A DNA stretch of 64,000 nt from Eledone cirrhosa (taxonomy: Eukaryota): NCBI GenBank assembly GCA_964016885.1, contig OZ024741.1, positions 398,660,001-398,724,000 on the forward strand. Reading direction: 5' to 3'. Under the pieces are notes generated by a model. The model saw only the letters and a list, made by a program, of their open reading frames with translations. It was not told where the DNA came from and ran no database searches. This document shows positions 12,166 to 24,778 of the stretch, one piece after another. Position numbers and translations under genes: made by a program. How positions within the stretch are numbered: the stretch's first letter is position 1; every line of letters starts with the position of its first letter.

Positions 12166-13870
12166 GTGCCCAACAATGACAACAACAACAAAGAAAAAAT
12201 AAAGACAACACCAATAATACTAGCATCAAAGACAACAACAACACCAACACCAACACCAACACCAAGGAAAATACGAATAATATCAACATCAGTGACAACA
12301 AGAATAACAAGAATAACAACAATAATGACAACACCACCAACACGGATAATTCCACAAAGAAACCGAAATCTTCTTTGCACAGACAGTTCAGAAAAAGGAG
12401 GAACTGACATATCTCGACATAACAAATGCCGAACAACTTTTAAAGGACGCTAGGAGATATGTCACTTTCGAAAAGAATGATGCTTTCAGCATCAATTCTC
12501 CGGTAGAAATTCGCAAGGAAACTGCTCTCAAAACGATAGTTTTTTGGACAGTTTCCAATTCTACCCGAAAACCAGTCCAATTGTCGCAGAAAGAAATTGA
12601 ACTGGTTTTCAAAAATTCAATGAATGATATTTCATTCATTCAAAGAAGCAAACTCTTTGGGAATATTTCGGTACTCATGAAGGATCAATTGACGGCCCAA
12701 AATTGTATCCAACCTGTATACCTTTTTCCCTACATACATGGGAAAAAGGACACAAAAGATTAGAATAACGAGTGTCACACCAAAGGTAAACATATGGTGG
12801 ATACTGTGCGGTTTCATCAATTTTGATGAAGACAGAATACTGTCAGTAGGAAAGTCCCCCAGAGATGTATTCAATGGGACTAGCGTTGAAGTTCTGGTGC
12901 AAATGAGCCCAGAGCGAATAGCTATGATTCCACAACGTGGACTCCTGGACGGACTCACCTACATAAACTTTTCGGTTGAGGGTAGGTGACCTTCATGTTA
13001 CCACTGCTTTAGCAGGGGTCACCTGAGGGCTTCCTGTCCTAAATTAATGAGTCAAAAAAAGACTCTTCTGCCGACACCCATCAAAATAACACAACCACCA
13101 ACACCACCACCACAACAACAGCAACACACAAAAATAACCACAACAAACACAGTCCCACCCAACCCCATTCCACCTAAAACCACTGCAAAATCACATACAG
13201 ACACAACAGCTCCCCAAGACATACCCCTCTCCAATCACACAGATGATACAACAGATGAGGCTATCTCGCCATCACCCAGTGAAGACGAGGGAGAACCCCA
13301 TCGCTCGAAAAGAAAGAAAAGACATCACAAAAGCAAAAAACCAGCAAACACTACCACAAACATACAACCACCAACACAAACAACACAAACAAAACCCCCA
13401 CCTCCTGAAAACAAAATACCTACAACAAAACGAAAGCACACACAAGAACTACAGACAAAAACAAACAGAACAAAATTACACTTACACTTACATAAACACT
13501 GAAAACAAAACACTAATGGAGACCATCACGAACAACCCTTCGGTGAAAACCGAAGGGAAAACTTTCGCCCACTCTATTAAAAATAACAAAAAAACTGAAC
13601 CTAAAACTGATTAGGGTCCCTATACAAACTTATAGGTCCCTAAAAGAAACATTTGAAAAGGATGTGGGGAATTCCTGCGTGAAACCACTTAACCGCGTCC
13701 TTCTCAAATGTCTCCCCAATCCAGACACCCCCATCCCACCAGACCCCACCCCACCAAACATCTGCGTCCCCACCCCGCCGGAAACCACCACCCACCCAGA
13801 CAACCCCTCCAACACCCCATGGAAATCGTGCAGCCTGGTCCCCAGGAGACGAAGGGTGAGTGATTTTTTT
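12166..13870 (+). pseudogene. ORF1 (gag-like) of the Tx1-like element, disrupted
   Basis: Reading through the TGA at 12987 gives INFSVEGR*PSCYHCFSRGHLRASCP (CX2CX4HX4C at 12996-13037), followed by a Thr/Pro/Lys-rich tail. Confidence 0.75.
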
Positions 13871-13896
13871 TCCTCTTTTAACTTTTCAGCACCAAC

Positions 13897-15783
13897 ATGG
13901 CCAATATAAGAGTTGGATGTGTGAACGTACGCGGCCTGGGGATGCCCTGGAAACAGGGCAAACTCTTAAACGACCTCAGGTCGCTCAGTATGGACGTAGT
14001 AGCCATTTGCGAGTCCAGGATCCACAGCGAGCGACAGCTAGCCCCCATCTTCGATGACTTTGAGATCTACGCATCTCTCTGTCGGCCGGGGGGTGGGGGC
14101 GGGGTTGCCGTTTTGGCCTCGTAACAGACGGTACATCTGGACCCGGAGGGTCGACTGGTGGTCCTAGACGTTGACGGTAGTGAAGGTAGGGCCTTCAGGC
14201 TGGTGGCTGCATATGTCCCATCCGGGACATCGCGGCCAGACTTCGTCAAACGTCTAGAGTATTTTCTGGGAACGTCCCGCTCCTTGCTTTTAGTGGGGGA
14301 CTGGAATGGAATCCTAGATGCACGTTGGGACTATGTGGGAGCATATCCCGATAAAGGGGGGTGTAACAGCCTCAAACAGTTAATCGACCGATTTGACCTG
14401 GCCGATAGATATCGACTAGATTTTCCGACTGTGCCACTGTGGACGTGGACTAATCGTAGCGGAACATCTCGATCGTACCTAGATAGGGTTCTAGTTAGAA
14501 ATAAGGATAGGGACATGTTAAGCTGTCCACAAATGTTCATGGTTGCCTATTCAGATCACAAACTAGTGACCTGCATGGCCAACCTTGATAGAACCCATAG
14601 ACAAGGACCCGGCTACTGGAAGCTGAACTTGTCGTTACCGACATGCAAAGCTTACAGTAGACGGATTAACACTTTAGTTAAATAGCACTTGACAGGGGCC
14701 ATTGTCAACAACAGATGGTGGTACTCTCTCAAGAGGGCAGTTAGATTAGAATCGTTAGTTTTTAGTAAAGAATTAGCGTTAGATAGAAATAGAACCGAGA
14801 AGGAACTGGTACATAAAGTAGAAGAGGCAATTAGAAGTGGCAACGTAGCCAGTGTGCTAGCAACGAGAAAGGACCAGTTCCTCAACTCAAAGCACGAGGG
14901 CTGCGTTGTCAGAAGCAAAATACGTGCTCTGGGAAACGAGGGAGACAAAGCTGTTAGCTGGGCCCGAGTGACGGAGGCAAAAAGTGGCAACAAGTACACG
15001 TTTCGGTCTTTGAAGGACCAAAATGGACGCGTGATACGTGAGCCGAAGCAGATGTGTGCGGCCTTTCAGCGGCACTTTGCTCAACTGTTTGGGCAGGGCG
15101 GCGCGCCGGGAGGGGCTATGGATTTTGGTCCATACCTCAACGGCATACCGCGACTCTCGGACAGCGAGAAAAAATTCTGCGAAAAGTCGATTTCAGCCGC
15201 TGAGATAGGGGACGGGCTGAGCCAATGGAGCACACGCAAATCTCCAGGTCTCGACGGTCTACCCTACGAATTTTACGTAGCAATGCCGGACTTATTCTCC
15301 GGTCTCCTGGAATTCCCAGTTCTGTGACCGGGGGCGTAGTCACACTAGTCAGGAAGGACGAGAATAAGAGGGATGACATGGGCAACTTCCGGCCCATAAC
15401 TCTGCTAAGCACAGAGTTACAGATTTTGGACAGAGACTGGTGCTTGTCGTCGAGAACCTGGTGGGAGAAGCGCAGACATGCGCAATCCGACCAGGTCCAT
15501 ACACGACAACCTCCACCTCATGCGATGCATAATAGAGAGTGTAGGGTGTAAACCCGGCTTCGATGGGGCCCTGATCAACTTGGATCAGTCTAAGGCTTTC
15601 CATAGGGTTGACCATTGTTACCTGGATGCGGTGCTCCAGGCGGCAGGCTTCGGACCCGTGTCCAGGGGCTGGATTGCTGCAATGCACAACAGCAACATCT
15701 GCTCAAGAGTCAAGGTGAAGAGCTACCTCTCGGAGCCGTTCCATATCAAGCGATCCATTCGACAGGGATGCCCTCTCTCACTG
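13897..15783 (+). pseudogene. ORF2 (APE endonuclease plus N-terminal RT) of the Tx1-like element, disrupted
   Basis: MANIRVGCVNVRGL, VVAICES, LLVGDWN, SYLDRVLV, YSDHKLV, GPGYWKLNLSL, KSPGLDGLPYEFY, NFRPITLL, LDQSKAFHRVDH, SIRQGCPLS. No YADD motif follows. Confidence 0.92.
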
Positions 15784-18598
15784 CATTACACTACACAACA
15801 CAACACTGCACTACACCACACTACATCACACTACACCACACTACACCACACCACACCACACCACACTACACTACACCACACCACACTACACCACACCACA
15901 CCACACAGCACTACACCACACTACACCAGGCCACACTACACCACACTACACTACACCACACTACACCACACTATACCACACCACACTACACCACACCTCA
16001 CCACACTACACCACACTACACCACACTACACCACACCACACTACACCACACCACACTACTCCACACTACACCACACCACACTACACTACACCACACTACA
16101 CTACACCACATCACACTACACCACACTACACCACACTACACCACACCGCACTACACCAAACTACACAACACCACACTACACCACGCTACACCACACCACA
16201 CCACACTACACTACACCACACCAAACTACACTACACCACACGACACGACAACACACTACACCACACTACACCACACCACACTACACCACACCACACCAAA
16301 CCACACCACACTACACTACACCACACCACACTACACTACACCACACCACACTACACTACACCACACTTCACTACATCACACTACACCACACCACACCACA
16401 CGACGCCTGCACGACACTACACCACACCACACAACACCACAGCACACTACACCACACCACACCACACTACACTACACCACACTACACCACACCACACTAC
16501 ACTACAATACATTACACTACACCACACTACACCACACTACACTACACCACACCACACCACACCACACTACACTACACCACACTACACCGCACCACACCAC
16601 ACTACACCACACCACACCATACTACACTACACCACACTACACTACATCACACCACACTACATCACACCACACCCCACTACACTACACCACACTACACTAC
16701 ACTACACTACACAACACCACACCACACTACACCACACTACACCACACAGCACTACACCACACTACACCAGGCCACACTACACCACACTACACTACACCAC
16801 ACTACACCACACTATACCACACCACACTACACCACACCTCACCACACTACACCACACTACACCACACTACACCACACCACACTACACCACACCACACTAC
16901 TCCACACTACACCACACCACACTACACTACACCACACTACACTACACCACATCACACTACACCACACTACACCACACTACACCACACCGCACTACACCAA
17001 ACTACACAACACCACACTACACCACGCTACACCACACCACACCACACTACACTACACCACACCAAACTACACTACACCACACGACACGACAACACACTAC
17101 ACCACACTACACCACACCACACTACACCACACCACACCAAACCACACCACACTACACTACACCACACCACACTACACTACACCACACCACACTACACCAC
17201 ACTACACCACACTACACTACACCACACCACACTACACTACACCACACTTCACTACATCACACTACACCACACCACACCACACGACGCCTGCACGACACTA
17301 CACCACACCACACAACACCACAGCACACTACACCACACCACACCACACCACACTACACTACACCACACTACACCACACCACACTACACTACAATACATTA
17401 CACTACACCACACTACACCACACTACACTACACCACACCACACCACACCACACTACACCACACCACACTACACCGCACCACACCACACTACACCACACCA
17501 CACCATACTACACTACACCACACTACACTACATCACACCACACTACATCACACCACACCCCACTACACTACACCACACTACACTACACTACACAACACCA
17601 CACCACACTACACCACACTACACTACACTACACCACACTACACCACACCACACTACACCACACTACACCACACTACACCACACCACACCACACCACACCA
17701 CACTACACCACACTACACCACACCACACCACACTACACCACACCACACCACACTACACTACACTACACCACACTACACCACACCACACCGCACTACACCA
17801 CACCACACTACACTACACCACACTACCCCACACCACACCACACTACACTACACCACACTACACCACACTACACCACACTACACCACACTACACCACAGCA
17901 CACTACACTACACCACACTACACCACACTACACCACACCACACTACACCACACCACACCACACCACACTAAACCACACTACACCACACTACACCACACCG
18001 CACTACACCAACTGCACAACACCACACTACACCACACCACACCACACCACAATATACTACACCACACCAAACTACACTACACCACACGACACAACACCAC
18101 ACTACACCACACTACACCACACCACACTACACCACACCACACCACACCACACTACACTACACCACACCACACCACACTACACTACACCATACCACACTAC
18201 ACCACACTACACCACACTACACTACACCACACCACACTACACCACACTTCATACTTCACCACATCACATTACACCACACGACACCACACGACGCCTGCAT
18301 GACACTACACCACACCACACCACACCACACTACACCACACCACACCACACTACACTATACCAGACTACACCACACCACGCTACACTACACCACACCATAC
18401 CACACTACCCCACACCACACCACACCACACCACACCACACCACACCACACTACACCACACCACACCACACCACACCACACCACACTACACTACACTACAC
18501 TACACCACACTACCCCACACCACATTACACTACAGCACACCACACCACACTAAACCACACTACACCACACTACACCATACCACACACCAACCACACAC
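15784..18598. repeat. Pentanucleotide satellite (ACACC/ACACT)n, ~2.8 kb, with ~0.85-1.0-kb higher-order duplications
   Basis: Direct reading; the marker CGACGCCTGC occurs at 16401, 17282 and 18289, and CCAGGCCAC at 15926 and 16767. Confidence 0.97.
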
Positions 18599-18720
18599 AA
18601 AATAGGATTAAAAAATTGAGTTTATTAAGATTTGGTAGAAATTCCTGCCTCAGAATTTCTGGAATGTTAGAAAGTCTGAGAATTTGGTGTAATACATGTT
18701 GTCCCTCATTGTATCAAGTT

Positions 18721-19028
18721 GGTGTGTGTGTGTGTGTATATATATGTATGTCTGTATGTGTGTGTGTATATATCTATATATGTGTATATATGTATGTATG
18801 TGTGTATATATATATATATATGTATGTCTGTATGTGTGTATATATATATATATATATGCGTGTATATCTGTATATGCGTGTATATCTGTATGTGTGTGTG
18901 TGTGCATATATGTATGTATGTCTGTATGTGTGTCTATATATATATGTATGTCTGTATGTGTGTGTGTGTATATATATATGTGTGTGTATATCTGTATGTG
19001 TGTGTGTATATTTATGAGTATGTCTGTA

Positions 19029-19059
<31 letters not shown>

Positions 19060-19125
19060 GTATGTCTGTATGTGTGTGTGTATATATGTGTGTATGTCTG
19101 TATGTGTGTGTGTACATATATATGT

Positions 19126-19168
<43 letters not shown>

Positions 19169-19348
19169 CGTGTGTGTGTGTGTATATATATATATGTATG
19201 TGTGTATGTGTATGTATGTATGTGTGTATATATATGTATGTATGTATGTATGTGTGTGTGTGTATATATATGTATGTATATGTGTGTGTATATATATGTA
19301 TGTATGTATGTGTGTGTGTATATATATATATGTATGTATATGTGTTTG

Positions 19349-19381
<33 letters not shown>

Positions 19382-19418
19382 ATATATATATGTATGTGTG
19401 TGTATATATATGTATGTA

Positions 19419-19449
<31 letters not shown>

Positions 19450-20051
19450 GTATGTATGTATGTGTGTATATATATATGTATGTATGTATGTGTGTGTATA
19501 TATATATATATATGTTTGTATGTATGTGTGTGTATATATATATGTGTATGTATGTATGTGTGTGTGTATATATATATGTGTATGTATATATGTGTGTTTG
19601 AATGTACACCATACACGCAGTACACATGCACACACATCACATCACACTCACACATGCACACACAACACATCACACTCACACATGCACACACAACACATCA
19701 CACTCACACATGCACACACAACACATCACACATGCACACATCACATCACATCACACTCACATGCACACATCACATCACATCACACACACATGCACACACA
19801 TCACACACACAGGTGGACATACACTGTTGAAGAAATATGTCACTTTGTATGTGTGCTTGTGTATGTGTGTACGTATGTGTATGTATGTTTGTGTGTATAT
19901 ATGTGTACGTATGTATATATGTATGTACATATGTGTATGTATGTATGTATGTATGTATGTATGTATGTATGTATGTATGTATGTATGTATGTATGTACAT
20001 ATGTGTATGTATGTATGTGTGTACATATATGTATGTATGTGTGTATGTACA

Positions 20052-20087
<36 letters not shown>

Positions 20088-20491
20088 TGTATGTATGTAT
20101 GTATGTATGTATGTATGTACGTATGTGTATATGTATATGTGTACACATAACCTGTCTATATCACTCCAGTTGGATTGTAGAAATAACCATATTAAGCTCA
20201 GCCATTGCACCCCACATTCATTACTGACACCAATCAGCATGTATGTGTATGTATATATATATATATATGTTTGTGTGTGTGTGTATATTTATATATATGT
20301 TTGTGTGTGTGTGTGTATACGTTTGTAGGTATGTATGTGTGTCTGTATATGTATGTATGTGTATGTATGTATGTATATATATATATATATGTTTAGGTGT
20401 ATATATATATGTGTTTGTAGGTGTGTGTGTGTATGTATGTATGTATGTATGTATGTATGTATGTATGTATGTATGTATGTATATATATATG
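18721..20491. repeat. Compound (TG)n/(TA)n/(TATG)n microsatellite field with a (CACAT)n-like block at ~19625-19810
   Basis: Direct reading. Confidence 0.95.
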
Positions 20492-21101
20492 TGTCAGGTC
20501 ACCAGTTGGTGCTACTGGTAACATGTATCCCAGTACAACCTGTCCCATGGTCGGGTCGTTGGCGACTAAACTGGCAACCCCACCAAGGTTTATTGATGAG
20601 GAGGGTGACTTTGGACATCCTGCAGAACTATAAACAAAACCTGTCAAAGGGCAAAGGAGCTCTTAAGAGTCAATGGCCATCTAAAATCACTGGGAGAGAT
20701 GACCCTTTAGCCTTTGTCAAGGCAGAATTCTAGGAGAAGGAAAACTCTGATATAACACCTGCAACCCTGATGGTATCCAATGATGTTGACTTGTTCTTCT
20801 TTTTGGTAAATATCATCTTGGTTAAGAGAGTGGGACTGGCTTTGTGCAGTGCCTTTGCTCACTATAAAAGCTTCATGGCACAGGCATTGCTTTATATCTG
20901 GAGATCTCTCTGCACTTGTCATCACATGGTACCATGGGCCCAGCACTATGTGTCAATAATTGTCACAAGTGTAGTGTTTGTACCAGAGTTTTCAAGTCGC
21001 TGGCTGGACTAAAAAGTCACACTCGTTCAGCGCATCGGTAGGGGTTCTCCTACATGGATATAAAGTAGTGGCCGTACTCGAAAACGAGTTGGCAGCCACC
21101 A
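20492..21101 (+). mobile_element. Non-autonomous RTE-related element (copy 2, ~610 bp, apparently complete)
   Basis: Begins TGTCAGGTCAC, contains CTAGGAGAAGGAAAACTCTGA (RTE 5'-UTR-like), ends GGCCGTACTCGAAAACGAGTTGGCAGCCACCA-(TA)n, and is flanked by microsatellites. Confidence 0.75.
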
Positions 21102-21689
21102 TATATATATGTATGTTTAGGTGTATATATATATATATATGTTTGTAGGTGTGTGTATGTATATATATATATCACACTGTCAAGATGGGAAAAATAGTTA
21201 ACGTAAGATGTAGGAAAAATAATTCAAACTCATCTCAAAAGAGAATCAGGATACAAATTCATCCACAGAATTTAGTGAAATCCAGGGAAAAATCAATAGA
21301 CTCTTAACTCATGATAAAATAAAGTTTAAAATACTTATCCTTCAATTTGGAAAAACATCAAATGCTCTGTATAGTCTTAAAGACTATTTCATGAAAAATT
21401 TCAGTGGAGATGGTCACGGTTGGATTTCAATCGTCAGCAGAGCTCAACAGATAACCAGGGCTTCCACAGAATTATAAGCCAAAAAGGGAATTCTAAAACT
21501 GGCTAGTTCGCCATCATGCGTGATTATGAAAAACGCACATGAGGAAAAACAGGGCTAGTGACGTCAGGATGAAAATGAATGTTTGTTTACAAGAAATAAC
21601 AGTCAAATACATTCCGAAAAAAACTCTACAAAAGGAGTTCAGCAAACAGCAATATTATCGCAGTTTTCATAAAAAACCGGGATTAGTCA

Positions 21690-21782
21690 CAGATATATAT
21701 ATGTTTGTAGGTGTGTGTATATATATATATATGTTTGTAGGTGTGTGTATGTATATATATATATATATATATATGTTTGTAG

Positions 21783-21849
<67 letters not shown>

Positions 21850-21861
21850 TGAAGGTGTGTG

Positions 21862-21911
<50 letters not shown>

Positions 21912-22060
21912 TGTAGGTGTGTGTATATATATATATGTTTGTAGGTGTGTGTATGCATATATATATATATATGTTTGTAGGTGTGTGTATGTATGTATAT
22001 ATATGTTTGTAGGTGTATGTATGTAATGTATGTATATATATGTATATGTGTGTATATATA
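21690..22060. repeat. Composite repeat (TA)n-TGTTTGTAGGTGTGTG
   Basis: The anchor TGTTTGTAGGTGTG recurs about eight times between variable TA runs; also present at 20410-20430 and 21140-21155. Confidence 0.9.
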
Positions 22061-22244
22061 ATTAGTTGTAATTTTTATCATCTGTATATTTGTTCTTTTA
22101 TTTGTGTTTTTTTAACAATGCACTTTTTATGTTTTACTAAATTTGTAAAACTGTTTCTCTTGAAAATAAATTAATTTAGTTTTATTGCAACAGTATTATT
22201 TTTGTTTGTTTTTATTTTTAATATATGTATGTTTATATGTGGCA

Positions 22245-23020
22245 AAGATGATGAACTGGCAGAGTTGTTAGAACATTGGATAAAATACTTTGTGGTATTT
22301 GTGCTGTCTCTCTCTTCTCTCTGAGTTCAGACCCTGCCCAGGTCACCTTTGCCTGCCATCCTTTCGAGGTTGATAAAAAAGTACCAGTCATGTAATGGGG
22401 TTGATTCTTCTTCTATATCTCTTTCTCATTGCCACTCTCTCTATCTTTCTGTGGAAGAAATCTGCTGCATTCAGACCTGGAGAAGTGATGGGCTCTGCCA
22501 GGCTTAAAAATACTCCTAAAATGCTGTATGCCACTATGGGACCCCTACAATACAACTCCATCAAGAGTTATGGAACCATATCATACCATATAAGAGTGGT
22601 ATAATGTGGTGAATTGATAAATAGAATGCTTTGTGGTATTTGTTCCAGCTCTCTGTTCTCTCTGAGTTCAAATCCCACCGACGTCAACTTTGCCTTTTAT
22701 CCTTTCGAGGTCGATAAAAAAAGTACCAGTCAAGTACTGGGGGTGGGGGGTGGGGGTTGTGTGATTTTTTGATCTTCTTCCCCTATATCTCTTTCTCACT
22801 TCCTCTCTTGCATTCTCAATCTCTTTCTCTGGAAGAAATCTGGTGTGTTTAAACCTGGAGAGGGCTGGGCTCTGCCAGTTTTAAAATGCCCAAGAAACAC
22901 CAACTTTGCATTTTATCCCTTTGGAGTTGATAAAAAGGGACCAGTCGATGGGCAGTGGAGTAGTGGAATTGTTAAAGAATTAGACAAGATTCTTTGCAGT
23001 GTCTAATATAGTTCTGTACA
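22245..23020 (+). mobile_element. Cluster of tRNA-derived SINEs with a Nin-like domain; ~360-bp local duplication
   Basis: CTGAGTTCAAATCCCACCGACGTCAACTTTGCCTTTTATCCTTTCGAGGTCGATAAAAAAAGTACCAGT and variants at ~22320, 22662 and 22900. The downstream flank GGAAGAAATCTG...CCTGGAGA...GGGCTCTGCCAG is also duplicated. Confidence 0.75.
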
Positions 23021-23213
23021 ATCATCATCATCATTGCGACCACTGTCAAACATTCCTCACAAAGTCTCTCCACAATTTATCATTGCTCTTGGTAACTGTT
23101 TCCTACTGAGGTTTGTATTGTCTGAGAGTTGATTGTTGAATGTTCAAGCAGGTCTTCCTCTACTGTGTCTCCTATGAGTTGGTTCCCACAATAGTAACTT
23201 GTGTATAACTTCC
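23021..23213 (-). mobile_element. Extreme 3' end of an RTE-group LINE with a (TGA)n tail
   Basis: Minus strand translates EVIHKLLLWEPTHRRHSRGRPA*TFNNQLSDNTNLSRKQLPRAMIN, then (shifted) WRDFVRNV, and ends in TGATGATGATGA. Confidence 0.8.
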
Positions 23214-24396
23214 TCCACTGTGTCTCCTATGAGTTAGTTCCCACAATAGTAACTTGTGTATAACTTCCTCTACTGTCTCTCCTATGAGTTAGTTCCCACA
23301 ATAGTAACTTGTGTATAACTTCTTCTCCTGTGAGTTGGTTCCACAATAGTAACTTGTGTATAACTTACTCTACTGTCTCTCCTATGAGTTAGTTCCCACA
23401 ATAGTAACTTGTGTATAACTTCTTCTCCTGTGAGTTGGTTCCACAATAGTAACTTGTGTATAACTGCCTCTACTGTGTCTCCTATGAGTTGGTTCCCACA
23501 ATAGTAACTTGTGTATAACTTCCTCTACTGTGTCTCCTATGAGTTAGTTCCCACAATAGTAACTTGTGTATAACTTCATCTCCTGTGAGTTGGTTCCACA
23601 ATAGTAACTTGTGTATAACTTCCTCTACTGTGTCTCCTATGAGTTAGTTCCCACAATGGTAACTTGTGTATGAATTGCTCTACTGTGTCTCCTATTAGTT
23701 AGTTCCCACAATAGTAACTTGTGTATAACTTCCTCTACTGTCTCTCCTATTAGTTAGTTCCCACAATAGTAACTTGTGTATAACTTCCTCTACTGTCTCT
23801 CCTATGAGTTAGTTCCCACAATAGTAACTTGTGTATAACTTCCTCTCCTATGAGTTAGTTCCCACAATAGTAACTTGTGTATAACTTCCTCTACTCTGTC
23901 TCCTATTAGTTAGTTCCCACAATAGTAACTTGTGTATAACTTCCTCCACTGTGTCTCCTATTAGTTAGTTCCCACAATAGTAACTTGTGTATAACTTCTT
24001 CTCCTGTGAGTTGGTTCCCACAATAGTAACTTGTGTATAACTTACACTACTGTGTCTCCTATTAGTTAGTTCCCACAATAGTAACTTGTGTATAACTTCT
24101 TCTCCTGTGAGTTGGTTCCCACAATAGTAACTTGTGTATAACTTACACTACTGTGTCTCCTATTAGTTAGTTCCCACAATAGTAACTTGTGTATAACTTC
24201 TTCTCCTGTGAGTTGGTTCCACAATAGTAACTTGTGTATAACTTCCTCTTCTGTGTCTCCTATTAGTTAGTTCCCACAATAGTAACTTGTGTATAACTTC
24301 TCCTGTGAGTTGGTTCCCACAATAGTAACTTGTTTATAACTTGCTCTACTGTCTCTCCTATTAGATAGTTCCCACAATAGTAACTTGTGTATAACT
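23156..24396. repeat. Minisatellite, 55-bp unit with 45-46-bp deletion variants, ~24 units
   Basis: Unit TCCTCTACTGTGTCTCCTATGAGTTAGTTCCCACAATAGTAACTTGTGTATAACT; short variant TCTTCTCCTGTGAGTTGGTTCCACAATAGTAACTTGTGTATAACT. Confidence 0.97.
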
Positions 24397-24778
24397 CAAT
24401 TATCCCTGGCCATGTCTAACTTAGTAATAGTCTAACTTAGTCCTGGCCATGTCTAACTTAATAACAGTCTAACTTAACCTTGGCCATGTCTAACTTAATA
24501 ACAGTCTAAATTATCCCTGGCCATGTCTAATTTAGTAACAGTCTAACTTAGCCCTGGCCATGTCTAACCTAATAACAGTCTAACTTAGCCCTGGCCATGT
24601 CTAACTTAGTAATAGTCTACCTTAGCCCTGACCATGTCTAACTTAGTAACAGTCTAACTTAGCCCTGGCCATGACTAACTTAGCCATGGCCATGTCTAAC
24701 TTAGTAATAGTCTAACTTAGACCTGGCCATGTCTAACTTAGTAACAGTCTAACTTAGCCCCGGCCATGTCTAACTTAG

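Larger units (their letters stand above)
12050..15783 (+). mobile_element. Tx1/L1-clade non-LTR retrotransposon, 5' part intact, broken inside RT
   Basis: ORF1 with a CCHC knuckle is followed by ORF2 with APE endonuclease and RT motifs. Boundaries are approximate. Confidence 0.85.

Noticed and set aside
15784-18598. Telomere healing of the broken LINE
   Set aside because: The repeat is not TTAGGG, and the C-rich strand follows the break, which is the wrong polarity for telomerase addition.
15478-19017. 1179-aa and 895-aa His/Thr-rich proteins
   Set aside because: Only the first ~100 aa of the longer ORF are RT; the rest is stop-free pentamer and dinucleotide repeat open in several frames.
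18650-20521. Many YI/VC/HT-rich ORFs (also near 2.8, 6, 7.4, 10.7 and 21.7 kb)
   Set aside because: These are translations of microsatellites.
21175-21690. Possible exon or retroelement ORF1 fragment
   Set aside because: A-rich with broken frames and no motif I can identify; left unassigned.
23156-24396. CRISPR-like array
   Set aside because: The variable parts are variants of one sequence, and the unit derives from LINE coding DNA.
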